In this document: in pieces, positions 36,771-46,773 of the stretch
How the letters are laid out: each line of letters begins with the position of its first letter
Numbering within the stretch: position 1 is the stretch's first letter
Source: an uncultured Alphaproteobacteria bacterium
GTDB taxonomy: Bacteria > Pseudomonadota > Alphaproteobacteria > Puniceispirillales > Puniceispirillaceae
Reading direction: 5' to 3'
Length of the DNA stretch: 64,000 bases
NCBI GenBank assembly: GCA_964000485.1
Contig: CAXEYO010000002.1
Span: forward strand, 11,999 to 75,998
Made by a program: the position numbers and the translations under genes
The notes under the pieces: generated by a model
Database searches by the model: none
What the model was told of the DNA's origin: nothing
What the model saw: only the letters and a program-made list of their open reading frames with translations

Positions 36771-38086
36771 CCGGGCCGGCCACGGATACAGCAGATGTCA
36801 TTATTATCGGCACAGGGGTAATCGGCACCGCCACCTCGTTTGAACTGGCCAAACAGGGCTATAAAACTGTGTGTGTTGATCGCAACAGCCAGATCGGTCA
36901 TGGCTCTACCGCGGGGTCTTGTGCAATTATTCGGATGCATTATTCCACTCGGGATGGCACCGCATTTGCCTTCGAAGGCTATCATTACTGGCGGGACTGG
37001 GCGGATTATCTTGGCCTGTCTTCTGGTCACGCTTTAGCGCGTTTTGTTGAATGCGGTTGTCTTGTGATGAAGACTGAGGCCAATGGTTATCTAGAAAAAC
37101 ATATTGGCCACAGCCAGACCTTGTCGATCCCTATCGAAGACTGGGATGCTGAACAGATACAGGCCCGTTTGCCGGTTTATAATCTGGCCTCTTATGCCCC
37201 GCCCCGCCCCCGTGTTCATGACGCTTTCGGTCAGCCGAACGGGTCCCGGCTTAAGGGTGGTATCTTCTGGCCGAAAGCCGGTTATGTCACAGACCCGGCG
37301 TTGTCTGCGCAAAATCTGGCGGCCGCGGCGGCCCGGCACGGCGCGCGGCACCGCCTGCGCGCAGAGGTTATCGAAATCTTGCGACAAAGTGGGGCGGTCA
37401 AAGGGGTAAGGCTTGCTGATGGTGCTGAGATTCAGGCCCCTATTGTGATAAATATTGCGGGGCCAGGCTCTGCCCATATCAACCGGCTGGCTGGCGTAAC
37501 AGATGACATGACCATCGAAACCCGCCCCCTGCGTCAGGAAGTTGTGCATCTGCCCTCTCCTGCCGGTTTTGATTTTGAGGCCAATGGCATGATTGTCTCA
37601 GACAGCGATATAGCGCTGTATTGCCGTCCTGAACATGGCAATCATATTCTGATTGGCAGCGAAGATCCGCCTTGTGATGATCATAGATGGGTAGACAGTG
37701 ATACAGATTATGATGACAATTTTTCAGAACAATGGACCACCCAGGCCCTTCGCTATGCCCAGCGTGTGCCGGAACTGGGTATCACCTCACAACTTCGCGG
37801 GGTGGTTGATCTCTATGATGCGTCAACAGACTGGATTCCAATTTATGATAAATCTGCTCTGGACGGATTCTATATGGCCTGTGGGACAAGCGGCAACCAA
37901 TATAAAAATGCGCCGATTGCCGGCAAGCTGATGGCAGCACTGGTAACCTATTGTGAAAATGGCACAGATCATGACACAACCCCGATGATCTTCACCCTGC
38001 CTTACACAGGGCTGAAAATTGATGCTGGCTTTTATTCTCGCAAACGTCCGGTGAATAAAGATTCTAGCTTTTCCGTTCTGGGCTGA
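36767..38086 (+). CDS. FAD-dependent oxidoreductase (DAO/sarcosine oxidase beta-like)
   Basis: IIGTGVIG, GSTAGSCAIIR, YDASTDWIPI, GTSGNQYK; ATGA overlap with the upstream gene. Confidence 0.85.
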   Translation: MTGPATDTADVIIIGTGVIGTATSFELAKQGYKTVCVDRNSQIGHGSTAGSCAIIRMHYSTRDGTAFAFEGYHYWRDWADYLGLSSGHALARFVECGCLVMKTEANGYLEKHIGHSQTLSIPIEDWDAEQIQARLPVYNLASYAPPRPRVHDAFGQPNGSRLKGGIFWPKAGYVTDPALSAQNLAAAAARHGARHRLRAEVIEILRQSGAVKGVRLADGAEIQAPIVINIAGPGSAHINRLAGVTDDMTIETRPLRQEVVHLPSPAGFDFEANGMIVSDSDIALYCRPEHGNHILIGSEDPPCDDHRWVDSDTDYDDNFSEQWTTQALRYAQRVPELGITSQLRGVVDLYDASTDWIPIYDKSALDGFYMACGTSGNQYKNAPIAGKLMAALVTYCENGTDHDTTPMIFTLPYTGLKIDAGFYSRKRPVNKDSSFSVLG

Positions 38087-38104
38087 CCAAACGGCTTGTA
38101 AGCT

Positions 38105-38788
38105 TTAAACAAAGTTCAGATAGGTCTTGCCTGCTTCTGAGTGCGGGACGCAGAAGAACTGCTTGGCTGAGGTCTGTTCCATCAACCGGCCTTTATCCAT
38201 AAAAAGGATATGATCAGCCAGCCTCTCAGCTTGCGCCCGGTTATGGCTGACCATAACAATAGTTGTGCCCTCTTTTGCAGACCATCTGATCATTTCTTCA
38301 ACAAATGCGGTGGCCTCAAAATCAAGGTTTGCAGCTGGCTCATCCAGAAACAGCACCTCGGGCTGGCTGGCCAGCGCTCCGATGATGGCTAGTTTCTGCT
38401 GCTCGCCGCCGCTCAGTGAACGGGCAGGGACCTGCATCCGCCCAACTAGGCTGGCCCGTTTGAACCAGCTCAGCTTCTCCTCTTGCGATGCACCTGGACA
38501 TAGAAAATCAAAATGTTTGCTGGCCGTGCACCTCAGCATGACCGGTGTTTGAAATACCATTTTTTGCACGGCGATATCCGGGCCTGTCACCTGGCCTGAT
38601 GTCGGTGTAACCAGCCCGTGCAAGGTTTGCATCAGCAGGGTCTTGCCCGCTCCATTATGGCCAAGGATTAGGGTGACCTTGCCTGCCGGAATCGCAGCAC
38701 TGATTTCCTTTAATAAGAGTTTTGCGCCGCGCTGCACACATAGAGAACTAGCCTGCATACAGACAGGTTCATTACAAAGCTTAGCCAT
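38105..38788 (-). CDS. tupC: Tungstate ABC transporter ATPase
   Basis: GHNGAGKT, LSGGEQQ, LDEP; coupled to tupB. Confidence 0.85.
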   Translation of the reverse strand: MAKLCNEPVCMQASSLCVQRGAKLLLKEISAAIPAGKVTLILGHNGAGKTLLMQTLHGLVTPTSGQVTGPDIAVQKMVFQTPVMLRCTASKHFDFLCPGASQEEKLSWFKRASLVGRMQVPARSLSGGEQQKLAIIGALASQPEVLFLDEPAANLDFEATAFVEEMIRWSAKEGTTIVMVSHNRAQAERLADHILFMDKGRLMEQTSAKQFFCVPHSEAGKTYLNFV

Positions 38789-39488
38789 AACGGTCCTCCG
38801 GTGTGAAATACTGTCTGATCTGCTGGCTGATGATATTGACCACCAGTGCGATAAACAGCAGTACAAGGCCCAGGGCCAGAGCAAAAGCCAGCTCCCCACG
38901 TGCGGTCTCAAGCGCAATAGCTGAGGTCATTACCCGTGTGACATGTTTAATATTGCCGCCTACGAGGATTACAGCACCCACCTCTGAAATTGCGCGCCCA
39001 AAACAGACTAGCGCGATGGTCACAAGCGCTGCCCGCCCGTCAACCAGTAAGGTGGTGACTCGGGTCTTCCAGCTTAAATTCAGCGATTTGAATAACAGGT
39101 TATAGTCCTGGTGTAAGCCTTCAAAAACCTGCCGCGACAGAGCAATGGAAAGGGGCAGAACCAGAATGAACTGGGCTATCATCATAGCCGCAGGCGAATA
39201 TAAAAGATCTAAAAACCCCAGCGGACCGGCGCGCGAGATCAGCAGATAGACCAGCAGCCCCACTACGACCGGGGGCAGCCCTAAAAGCGTGTTTGTGATG
39301 ACAATTAGCGGGCCTCGGCCGATAAACTGAAAACTAGCTAGCAGTGCGCCCAACGGCAGCCCCAAAACAAGCGCTGCTCCAACCGCCACCAGACTGACCT
39401 GCAAAGATAAGCCGATAATTTCATATAAATCAGCATCAAAGCCGATCAGCATCTGCACAGCGAGGATGAGTGGCGTGAAGAAGTCCAT
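38781..39488 (-). CDS. tupB: Tungstate ABC transporter permease
   Basis: GLPPVVVGL, SRAGPLG, FGRAISEVGAV..VGGNI...TRVMTSAIALE. Confidence 0.9.
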   Translation of the reverse strand: MDFFTPLILAVQMLIGFDADLYEIIGLSLQVSLVAVGAALVLGLPLGALLASFQFIGRGPLIVITNTLLGLPPVVVGLLVYLLISRAGPLGFLDLLYSPAAMMIAQFILVLPLSIALSRQVFEGLHQDYNLLFKSLNLSWKTRVTTLLVDGRAALVTIALVCFGRAISEVGAVILVGGNIKHVTRVMTSAIALETARGELAFALALGLVLLFIALVVNIISQQIRQYFTPEDRYG

Positions 39489-39610
39489 ATTTTACAGTGT
39501 TCTTGCCTGTTAACCTTATTAAAGATGCAGTTCTATTTGACCTAATATGCAGCGCAGGCCTAATCTGGCACGCACATGTGAAAGGAAAATTGGTCTGAAG
39601 GCAAATTTTA

Positions 39611-40903
39611 ATGTCATCCTGTGAAAAATGCAATCTGATGACAGCGATGTTTGATGCCGCTGTTGTAGCTGCCAAACCAGAGAAATTTATCCCGGACGCC
39701 TTGGCTAGATTACTGCCAGATCAGCTCTCCGGCCGCCTATTTGTCACTGGCTTTGGCAAGGCATCGGCGGGCATGGCCCGTGTTGTTGAAGATCACCTGC
39801 CGCCTACAATGCAGTTGCACTTCTCTAGTGAGGTTATTGTCCCTGACGGTCATGAAGAAGACTGCAAAGTGATCACCATTACCACAGCGTCTCATCCAGT
39901 TCCTGATGCCCGCGGCTTGGCGGCTGCGGGGCGCATCCTGGACCAGGCGCGGTCTTTAACAACAACAGACCTGATGCTTGTGCTTATCTCTGGCGGTGGT
40001 TCCAGCCTGTTCTGTCTTCCGCGTAAAGGAATTACACTAGAACAGAAACAAAAGATCACATCTGATCTGCTGTCCACTGGGGCGCCGATTAATCAGATGA
40101 ATTGTGTGCGCAAGCATCTCTCTGCCGTTAAAGGGGGGCATCTGGCAGTGGCGGCCTATCCTGCGCGCACGTTGGCTCTCTCCATCTCTGATGTGCCAGG
40201 TGATGATGTGACGGTGATTGCCTCTGGCCCAACAGTGGCAGACCCCTCTAGTGCGGCACAGGCCCGCGCCGTGCTGACTGATTATGGCATTGAACTGCCT
40301 GCTGCTGTAGACAGTTTGCTTAACAGCCCGGTTTGCGAGACACCTTTTCCAGATAATCCCGCGTTATTGCGGTCTGAGATGCATCTTGTGGCAACACCCC
40401 GTAAATCGCTGCAAGCTGCTGCTGCTGTTGCAGAACAGGCAGGTTATCAGCCTGTTCTGCTAGGTGATGCGCTGGAAGGAATGTCAAGTGAGTTGGCAGC
40501 ATGGATGGCAGAACAGGCTCGCAAGGCTGGACCGGGCAAGGCCCTGATTTCTGGCGGTGAGACCACAGTGAAGGTTAGCGGCAGTGGCTACGGTGGGCGT
40601 AATGCGGAATTTGCCCATGCGCTGTGCCTTGCTCTTGCTGATGCTGACAAGATGGTTGAGAGCAGCTTTTATGCGCTGGCCGCAGATACAGATGGTATTG
40701 ATGGGCGCCCGTTGCCATCAGGACCTGTAGCTGGGGCGATAGTGACACCGGACAGTCTTGCCCGCGCCGCTACACAAGGGTTGGATGCAAGGGCGATGCT
40801 TGCTGATAATGACAGCCATTCTTTTTTTACCGCTCTTGGTGATGCACTTGTTACGGGCCCAACCCGCACAAATGTTAATGATTTCCGTGTTGTGCTGACG
40901 TGA
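39611..40903 (+). CDS. Glycerate kinase type 2 (MOFRL family)
   Basis: GKAS, HPVPD, SGGGSSL, SDVPGD..IASGP, GGETTV, TGPTRTNVND. Confidence 0.93.
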   Translation: MSSCEKCNLMTAMFDAAVVAAKPEKFIPDALARLLPDQLSGRLFVTGFGKASAGMARVVEDHLPPTMQLHFSSEVIVPDGHEEDCKVITITTASHPVPDARGLAAAGRILDQARSLTTTDLMLVLISGGGSSLFCLPRKGITLEQKQKITSDLLSTGAPINQMNCVRKHLSAVKGGHLAVAAYPARTLALSISDVPGDDVTVIASGPTVADPSSAAQARAVLTDYGIELPAAVDSLLNSPVCETPFPDNPALLRSEMHLVATPRKSLQAAAAVAEQAGYQPVLLGDALEGMSSELAAWMAEQARKAGPGKALISGGETTVKVSGSGYGGRNAEFAHALCLALADADKMVESSFYALAADTDGIDGRPLPSGPVAGAIVTPDSLARAATQGLDARAMLADNDSHSFFTALGDALVTGPTRTNVNDFRVVLT

Positions 40904-41805
40904 AGGCAGGTTTTTCAGATAGACAGCGCGGCTATTTAGGCGCGGTCAGTTCGAATCTGATCTGGGGCATTGCGCCACTTTATTTCAGCTATCTTGTTCT
41001 ATTTCCAATGGCTGAGATAATTGCACATCGGGCCCTATGGGCAGCGGTGTTTCTGCTTGTCATTTTGCTTGCAACCGGTCAGGGAGGAGCGTTGGCGCAG
41101 GGTTTTGTCTATCCTCGTCGCACGCTCAGCCTTGCGGCTGGGGCAATAATGGTGACGGTGAACTGGACCGCATATTTGTATGCTGTTGACACCAACCAGT
41201 TGGTTCAGTCAGCTCTGGGCTATTTTCTTTATCCGCTAATGGCTATTGGTCTTGGTGTTTTGGTGCTCGGGGAACGCCTTGGTCGGCGAGGCTGGTTGGC
41301 CTTGTTCTGCGCGATCGCGGGTGTGGGCCTCAAAGCTACCCTTCTGGACGGGCTCCCCTTTGTGGCGCTTGCTATTGGGTCTAGCTTTGCTTTCTATGCG
41401 CTGATTCGCAAACGCCTGGATATGGATCCCTTTTTGGCGATGGTGACAGAATTGCTGATGATCGCGCCATTAGCTCTGGCGCTGATCGGTTACTTAACCC
41501 TGACAGGAAAGCCTGCTGGTGCTTCCTTTTTCCTAGATGGGACATCATATGGTATCATAATGGCATTTACCTCCGGTATAATTACCTCTGTGCCGCTGGT
41601 GTTATTCCATATTGGCAACCGTTATCTGCCGTTATCTGTAGCTGGTTTTTTGTTTTATTTAAATCCGTCTCTGCAACTCTTGCTGGGCCTCCTGGTCTTT
41701 GCAGAACCCTTTACAAATGCAGATGTGGCGGCCTTTACGCTGATTTGGCTGGCGCTGCTTTTGCAATTTTTTCCAACAAAATGGCTTGCATCAAACCGCC
41801 CTTGA
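40900..41805 (+). CDS. rarD: EamA family transporter RarD
   Basis: EIIAHRALW, NW..Y, ALGYFLYPL, GERL, YALIRK; about 10 TM helices. Confidence 0.88.
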   Translation: MKAGFSDRQRGYLGAVSSNLIWGIAPLYFSYLVLFPMAEIIAHRALWAAVFLLVILLATGQGGALAQGFVYPRRTLSLAAGAIMVTVNWTAYLYAVDTNQLVQSALGYFLYPLMAIGLGVLVLGERLGRRGWLALFCAIAGVGLKATLLDGLPFVALAIGSSFAFYALIRKRLDMDPFLAMVTELLMIAPLALALIGYLTLTGKPAGASFFLDGTSYGIIMAFTSGIITSVPLVLFHIGNRYLPLSVAGFLFYLNPSLQLLLGLLVFAEPFTNADVAAFTLIWLALLLQFFPTKWLASNRP

Positions 41806-41816
41806 CCGGTTTCCAA

Positions 41817-42347
41817 CTAATCTTTAATCCGGGCGCTGACAATCTGGTCAGGTTCTGCTGGAGGCTGGCCTTCATTTATTTGGCGCACCACATCCATGCC
41901 ATCCGTAACTTGTCCCCAGACGGTATATTGGCCGGTCAGATGGCCACAGCCTTCAAAACAAATAAAGAATTGACTGTCTGCGCTGTTTGGGTTCATGGCT
42001 CTAGCCATGCCGACTGTGCCTTCGACGTACTCGTAGTCGGTGAATTCAGCATTTAAATTTTTACCTGATCCGCCCATGCCCGTGCCTGTCGGATCACCTG
42101 TTTGTGCCATGAACCCTGGGATCACACGGTGAAAAATAATACCATCATAGAAACCTTGTTTGACTAGTTCTGTAATACGGGCTACGTGGTTAGGGGCAAG
42201 CTCTGGTTTCATTTCAATTTCGACCTGGCCTTTGGTAGTTTCTAGCATAACTACTGCAGCTTGAGATGATTTATCAGACATAAAAAAAAATGCTCCCAGA
42301 AAAGCAGATAGAACAGTTAACCGGATCTTTCGCAAATTTCGCGTCAT
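41817..42347 (-). CDS. Exported cyclophilin-type peptidyl-prolyl isomerase
   Basis: FHRVIPGFMAQTGDP, SADSQFFI, YTVWG; GAGG RBS before MTRN. Confidence 0.95.
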   Translation of the reverse strand: MTRNLRKIRLTVLSAFLGAFFFMSDKSSQAAVVMLETTKGQVEIEMKPELAPNHVARITELVKQGFYDGIIFHRVIPGFMAQTGDPTGTGMGGSGKNLNAEFTDYEYVEGTVGMARAMNPNSADSQFFICFEGCGHLTGQYTVWGQVTDGMDVVRQINEGQPPAEPDQIVSARIKD

Positions 42348-42480
42348 CGCGATGACCTCTTTCCCATCATAACCCATTACAAAGCCTCCGATAAGAAACC
42401 ATGGCGGCCGAATTAATATTTAATATTACATGGTTCAGCCAGACCAAATCTTCAAGGGTTGTGTCTTTGTCCAATGCCTG

Positions 42481-42972
42481 TCAGACCAGGACATCTATTT
42501 GCTCATCACTCAGATTCCCCGGAACAATTACTACGGGGGCTCGGCATTGCCCAATCCCGCGCCCAGCCAGATAGCTGATCACCGGCCCGGCACTGTCTGA
42601 TTCGGTATCTGCGCCCAGCACGAGCGAGATTATGCTATCTTCCTCATTCATCAGGCTGATCACCTCTTCGACTACCTTGCCTTCACGGATATGCATAATT
42701 GGTGACTGGTCGGTCAATTCCTGCACATAATCTGCATGTACACGCATTTTTTCTTCCGCCATATCGCGGGCCTCTTCACGCATCAACGCACCCACCCCAG
42801 CCCAATGGGCAAATTCAGCAGGCGCGATAACATAAAGCAAGGCGACGCGTAGACCTGCCGATTTGGCTCGAATACAGGCATAATACAACGCCTGATGCAA
42901 TTCTTCTGACTCATCGACTAGAACCAAAAAGAATTTTGCGTCTACGACTTGTTTTTTTGATTTTGCAGCCAT
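42481..42972 (-). CDS. Universal stress protein family
   Basis: FLVLVDESEE..AL, LVLGA....GP, PVVIVPG. Confidence 0.88.
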   Translation of the reverse strand: MAAKSKKQVVDAKFFLVLVDESEELHQALYYACIRAKSAGLRVALLYVIAPAEFAHWAGVGALMREEARDMAEEKMRVHADYVQELTDQSPIMHIREGKVVEEVISLMNEEDSIISLVLGADTESDSAGPVISYLAGRGIGQCRAPVVIVPGNLSDEQIDVLV

Positions 42973-43084
42973 CTTTTCCTCAGTAATGGACACAGATTGT
43001 CTGTGTATCCTTTTGTCTTCGCCTATCTAGCATAAGCCAATTTTATTTTGCTCAAATATAGCTACGTGGGCAGATTTATTCAAA

Positions 43085-43843
43085 TTACTGTTTGCGAAAA
43101 GCAGCTGCAGCCAGCCAGCCCGCAAAGACGGCAAAACAAACTGCAAAAAACCCATAAAAAATGGAATAGTCATGTGCAAAGGCATAAATCATCGCCCCGA
43201 TACCGGTTTTGGCCACTGAAATATAGGTGGTATCCTCTGCAACCAATTGGTTTTTCTGCACATGCAAAACCCGCACCTCATATTCTCCAGGAACAATATT
43301 TGCTGGCAGATAGACAGGGGCGCGGAATAGGGCGCCCCGTATAATGGATACATTCCTCTCATCAAACTTCCACAAGCCACGTTCAGTCATGTTTCTGGTC
43401 AGCGCGCTCCGCCACGCCCTTGCTTTTTCTTTGTCCAACATTGCCTCGCTAGTGCGTAGGCCTATATGTTCAGCTCCAATGCGCAACCTGATCTGTTGAT
43501 CTTTAGACAAAACTTTATCCAGTGTTCGGTTGGAAAAAATATGATAAAAGCTAGGAGCGTTTTGCCAAACAATGGTCTGTCTGTTCATCCAGATACCGCT
43601 GGCCCGTTCTTTTTTTCGCAAAGCTAGCGGCACGTCAGGGCCTTTGAATATCACTATAATATCGCTTGCTGTCCCTCCACTGACCGCTCCAAACAACAGC
43701 AGACTTTCGCCATTAAAATCTATCGTGATTGAAACCTGGTCCAAATCCAAATCAGCGACCAATGTGCTGGACTGAACAGGATAAGCCCAGTTCATCATCA
43801 ATAATAGTATAGCGACCAAATGATAAGAAAGGTGTGAGGTCAT
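43085..43843 (-). CDS. TIGR02186 family membrane protein
   Basis: I..DFNG..LLLFGA, KER..GIWMN, LFRA...LPAN; follows a TauE gene. Confidence 0.88.
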   Translation of the reverse strand: MTSHLSYHLVAILLLMMNWAYPVQSSTLVADLDLDQVSITIDFNGESLLLFGAVSGGTASDIIVIFKGPDVPLALRKKERASGIWMNRQTIVWQNAPSFYHIFSNRTLDKVLSKDQQIRLRIGAEHIGLRTSEAMLDKEKARAWRSALTRNMTERGLWKFDERNVSIIRGALFRAPVYLPANIVPGEYEVRVLHVQKNQLVAEDTTYISVAKTGIGAMIYAFAHDYSIFYGFFAVCFAVFAGWLAAAAFRKQ

Positions 43844-44754
43844 TTCAGGAACTCCACTGAAAAGACATCTTCAGGTGTGATCACCAAATCAAAGAATAGC
43901 TTCATACAGACCGCCAAAACAATCAAAGCCAATAGACCGCGTAGCTGTTCACCTCGCAACAATGCCCCAACACGTGCCCCGAACTGGGCTCCGATGACCG
44001 CGCCAACTAACAGCAACCCGGCTAGCACAAAATCGACAGTTTGCGTCTGAACAGACTGCAGAATAGTGATATTTGCAGTGACAAAAATGATTTGGAAAAG
44101 TGATGTGCCGATCACCGTATATGTGGGCATGCCCAATAGATAGATCATGGCGGGGACCAGAATAAAGCCACCGCCCACGCCCATGATTGCGGACAGAACG
44201 CCGACAAAGGCCGCAAGAAAGAAAGGCAGTAGCGCGCTAATATACAACTTTGATTTGCGGAATCTGACCTTCAGCGGCAGACCATGCAGCCAGTTATGTT
44301 GATGCAGTTTGCCGCGTTTTGCCCCCGGCTGGCGAGTCCGCAAAATTGCGCGGACAGATTCCATTAACATCAATATGCCGGTAATACCTAAAAACACGAC
44401 ATAAGACAGCCTGATTACTAAATCGATCTGGCCGATGTCGCGCAGAATGGAAAACAGCAACACCCCAATAGACGAGCCCACAAGCCCCCCGGCTAAAAGA
44501 ACGCCACCCATTTTGAAATCAACATTACCGCGGCGCCAATGCGCAAGCACCCCTGAAACAGATGAGGCTACGATCTGATTTGCTTCTGTTGAAACTGCCA
44601 CTGCAGAGGGCACACCCAAAAAAATTAACAGTGGCGTCATCAAAAAGCCACCTCCAACTCCAAACATTCCAGAGAGAAAGCCAACGCCACCACCGAGACC
44701 GATCACGACTGCAATATGCATCGAAATTTCAGCAATGGGTAAATAAATGTACAT
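43840..44754 (-). CDS. TauE/SafE (TSUP) family transporter
   Basis: MYIYLPIAE, GMFGVGGGFLMTP, GVGGGFILVP. Confidence 0.92.
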   Translation of the reverse strand: MYIYLPIAEISMHIAVVIGLGGGVGFLSGMFGVGGGFLMTPLLIFLGVPSAVAVSTEANQIVASSVSGVLAHWRRGNVDFKMGGVLLAGGLVGSSIGVLLFSILRDIGQIDLVIRLSYVVFLGITGILMLMESVRAILRTRQPGAKRGKLHQHNWLHGLPLKVRFRKSKLYISALLPFFLAAFVGVLSAIMGVGGGFILVPAMIYLLGMPTYTVIGTSLFQIIFVTANITILQSVQTQTVDFVLAGLLLVGAVIGAQFGARVGALLRGEQLRGLLALIVLAVCMKLFFDLVITPEDVFSVEFLK

Positions 44755-45120
44755 AGATCCAGAGCACCCGGTTGGATAGCCTAGTGTTTAATTTTGGTCT
44801 GCCCAACTTGCTCGCGTAAAAAGAAATGCAGACAGGGAGTAAAACACCATTAAGTATTAGGGGCTGGTTTGCCATTTTTGGCTAGCTAAATCAAGGCTGA
44901 GTATTCTGTCTGTGATTGGTCAGTCCGCAGTACTACCTTGAGACCTGTTTGTTTCACCCTTCCGAATGTTTAGGTCAATTATTTTCTATGCTTATTCACT
45001 GGCGTGTCAAACAGCTTATGGGTTACTAAAGACGAATACCACAATTGCAAAAAAGTCTTTATCTCTCAAACATTTTTATTTTTCTTTCGTTTTTTTTATA
45101 TTGCCGGTTACACTTCTTTT

Positions 45121-45660
45121 ATGAAGAGTGCAGACAAGGCCTCAAAAGCTGATTGTAATTCTCCTTCCGGTCCTGTTGAGCGTGATTTTCAGATGCGCAT
45201 CGATCAAGAGGGGCGCTGGTACCATGAAGGAGACTTAATTAAGCGAATTGAGTTGGTGAAATTATTTGCTAACGTTCTCTCGGTTGATGATTCTGGGCAG
45301 CATTGGCTGCGTACACCTGTTGAATTTGGCCACATCGAAGTTGAAGATGCCCCGTTCATTATTACTGCCTTGACTAGTGCCGGTAAGAGAAAGGACCGTG
45401 TCATAAAGGTATCAGATAATTTGGGCCGCGATTACACCATTGGTCTGGACACGCGGCTCTTTTTTAAAAACCAGGCAGCAAACGACGCTGCTCTAGCTGA
45501 CAGCCGTCCTTATTTGCGTTTGCCTGCGGGACTTGTAGCTAGACTATCGCGGCCTGTTTGGTATGAGCTAGCAGACCTCGCTGATGCTAAGGATGACAAA
45601 GGTGTACCTGGCCTGTGGTCATCTGGAATATTTTTTGCCTTGCAGCCACAGAACTTATGA
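45121..45660 (+). CDS. DUF1285 family protein
   Basis: MRID..G.WYHEG..I.R..LVKLF, TPVE...IEVEDAPF, ARLSRPVWYEL. Confidence 0.88.
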   Translation: MKSADKASKADCNSPSGPVERDFQMRIDQEGRWYHEGDLIKRIELVKLFANVLSVDDSGQHWLRTPVEFGHIEVEDAPFIITALTSAGKRKDRVIKVSDNLGRDYTIGLDTRLFFKNQAANDAALADSRPYLRLPAGLVARLSRPVWYELADLADAKDDKGVPGLWSSGIFFALQPQNL

Positions 45661-45715
45661 CCGTTTAGCGATATGCCATGTTACTCAAAAAACGTAAACT
45701 AAAATAAGACATCTC

Positions 45716-46339
45716 ATGACGCTCAGCTACTTTGATTTAGCCAAAATTGTTGCCCCGGTGCCGCCAGACTGGACCGGTGTTGCTGAACCTCAGTATGGTC
45801 CACCAAAAAAGGCTGCTGTTCAACTGTTACTCGCAGGCCCCCCTGACAGGCTTGAGATTTTGCTAACAAGACGGTCAGACAAATTGCGCTTGCATGCTGG
45901 TCAGGTCAGCTTTCCAGGCGGAAAACCTGAAGCTGGTGATGAAACCCCAGCGATGACTGCCGCACGTGAATGTCAGGAAGAAACGGGTCTCAGCGGTCAG
46001 CTGATCACTCACCTTGGCTATCTAGAGCCAGTACTGACGAGCACCAATTATCTGGTTGATCAGGTTGTAGGCTATTGTGCACAGGACCCACGCCAGCTTG
46101 AAACCCTGCTGCAACCAGACCCGGCAGAAGTGGATATGACCTGGTTCACACCCCTTGCTCCTTACCTTATTATTGATGCTTACAAACGAGCTGAGCGGCT
46201 GAGCGAGAATGGCCGACTACGCAGGTTTTGGCAAATTCCACATACAGACCCATTGATTTGGGGGGCAACTGCGCAAATGTTGAGGAATCTTGCAGTCTGC
46301 ATAAACACGCGTATTCAGCCTGAACTGGACAGGTTATAA
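45716..46339 (+). CDS. Nudix CoA pyrophosphatase (NudL-like)
   Basis: LTRR...L..HAGQVSFPGG, ARECQEETGL, IWGATA. Confidence 0.9.
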   Translation: MTLSYFDLAKIVAPVPPDWTGVAEPQYGPPKKAAVQLLLAGPPDRLEILLTRRSDKLRLHAGQVSFPGGKPEAGDETPAMTAARECQEETGLSGQLITHLGYLEPVLTSTNYLVDQVVGYCAQDPRQLETLLQPDPAEVDMTWFTPLAPYLIIDAYKRAERLSENGRLRRFWQIPHTDPLIWGATAQMLRNLAVCINTRIQPELDRL

Positions 46340-46440
46340 AGAAGATTGAATAGTTGGCCATTCATTGTAAAGTCACCGCTGATTTGCTAACTCTGTTTTG
46401 ATTAGTCTGACTATGTTGTCTGCTTTAAGGGTTTTAAACC

Positions 46441-46773
46441 ATGTTTCGAATTTATCTTACAGCCATTATTGCTATTTTGGCTGGGCTGCTAGTTCTAGCC
46501 TTGCTCTTGCGGCTTGGTCGGCGTCATGCTGAAGGCTCTGCACTCATTGCTTGGCGGCATGTTATCTCAGCTGGTGTCGGTCTAATTGTTTTTTTAGGGG
46601 CCGCCTTGATGCTGGAAGTTGGCGGCACGAGTCAGCCTGGAACAGAATATCAGCCGCCTCGTATTGAGGATGGTAAGATTAAATCCGGTGAATTCAAAAA
46701 AAGTGAACTAAATAAAGACATATGGCCGATTTTGCCTCGCACCGTCCAACAGACCATTAGCCAATCTGCCTGA
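46441..46773 (+). CDS. Small membrane protein (DUF6111-like)
   Basis: Two TM helices, Y.PP..EDGKI..G motif, located between nudix and cca genes. Confidence 0.65.
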   Translation: MFRIYLTAIIAILAGLLVLALLLRLGRRHAEGSALIAWRHVISAGVGLIVFLGAALMLEVGGTSQPGTEYQPPRIEDGKIKSGEFKKSELNKDIWPILPRTVQQTISQSA

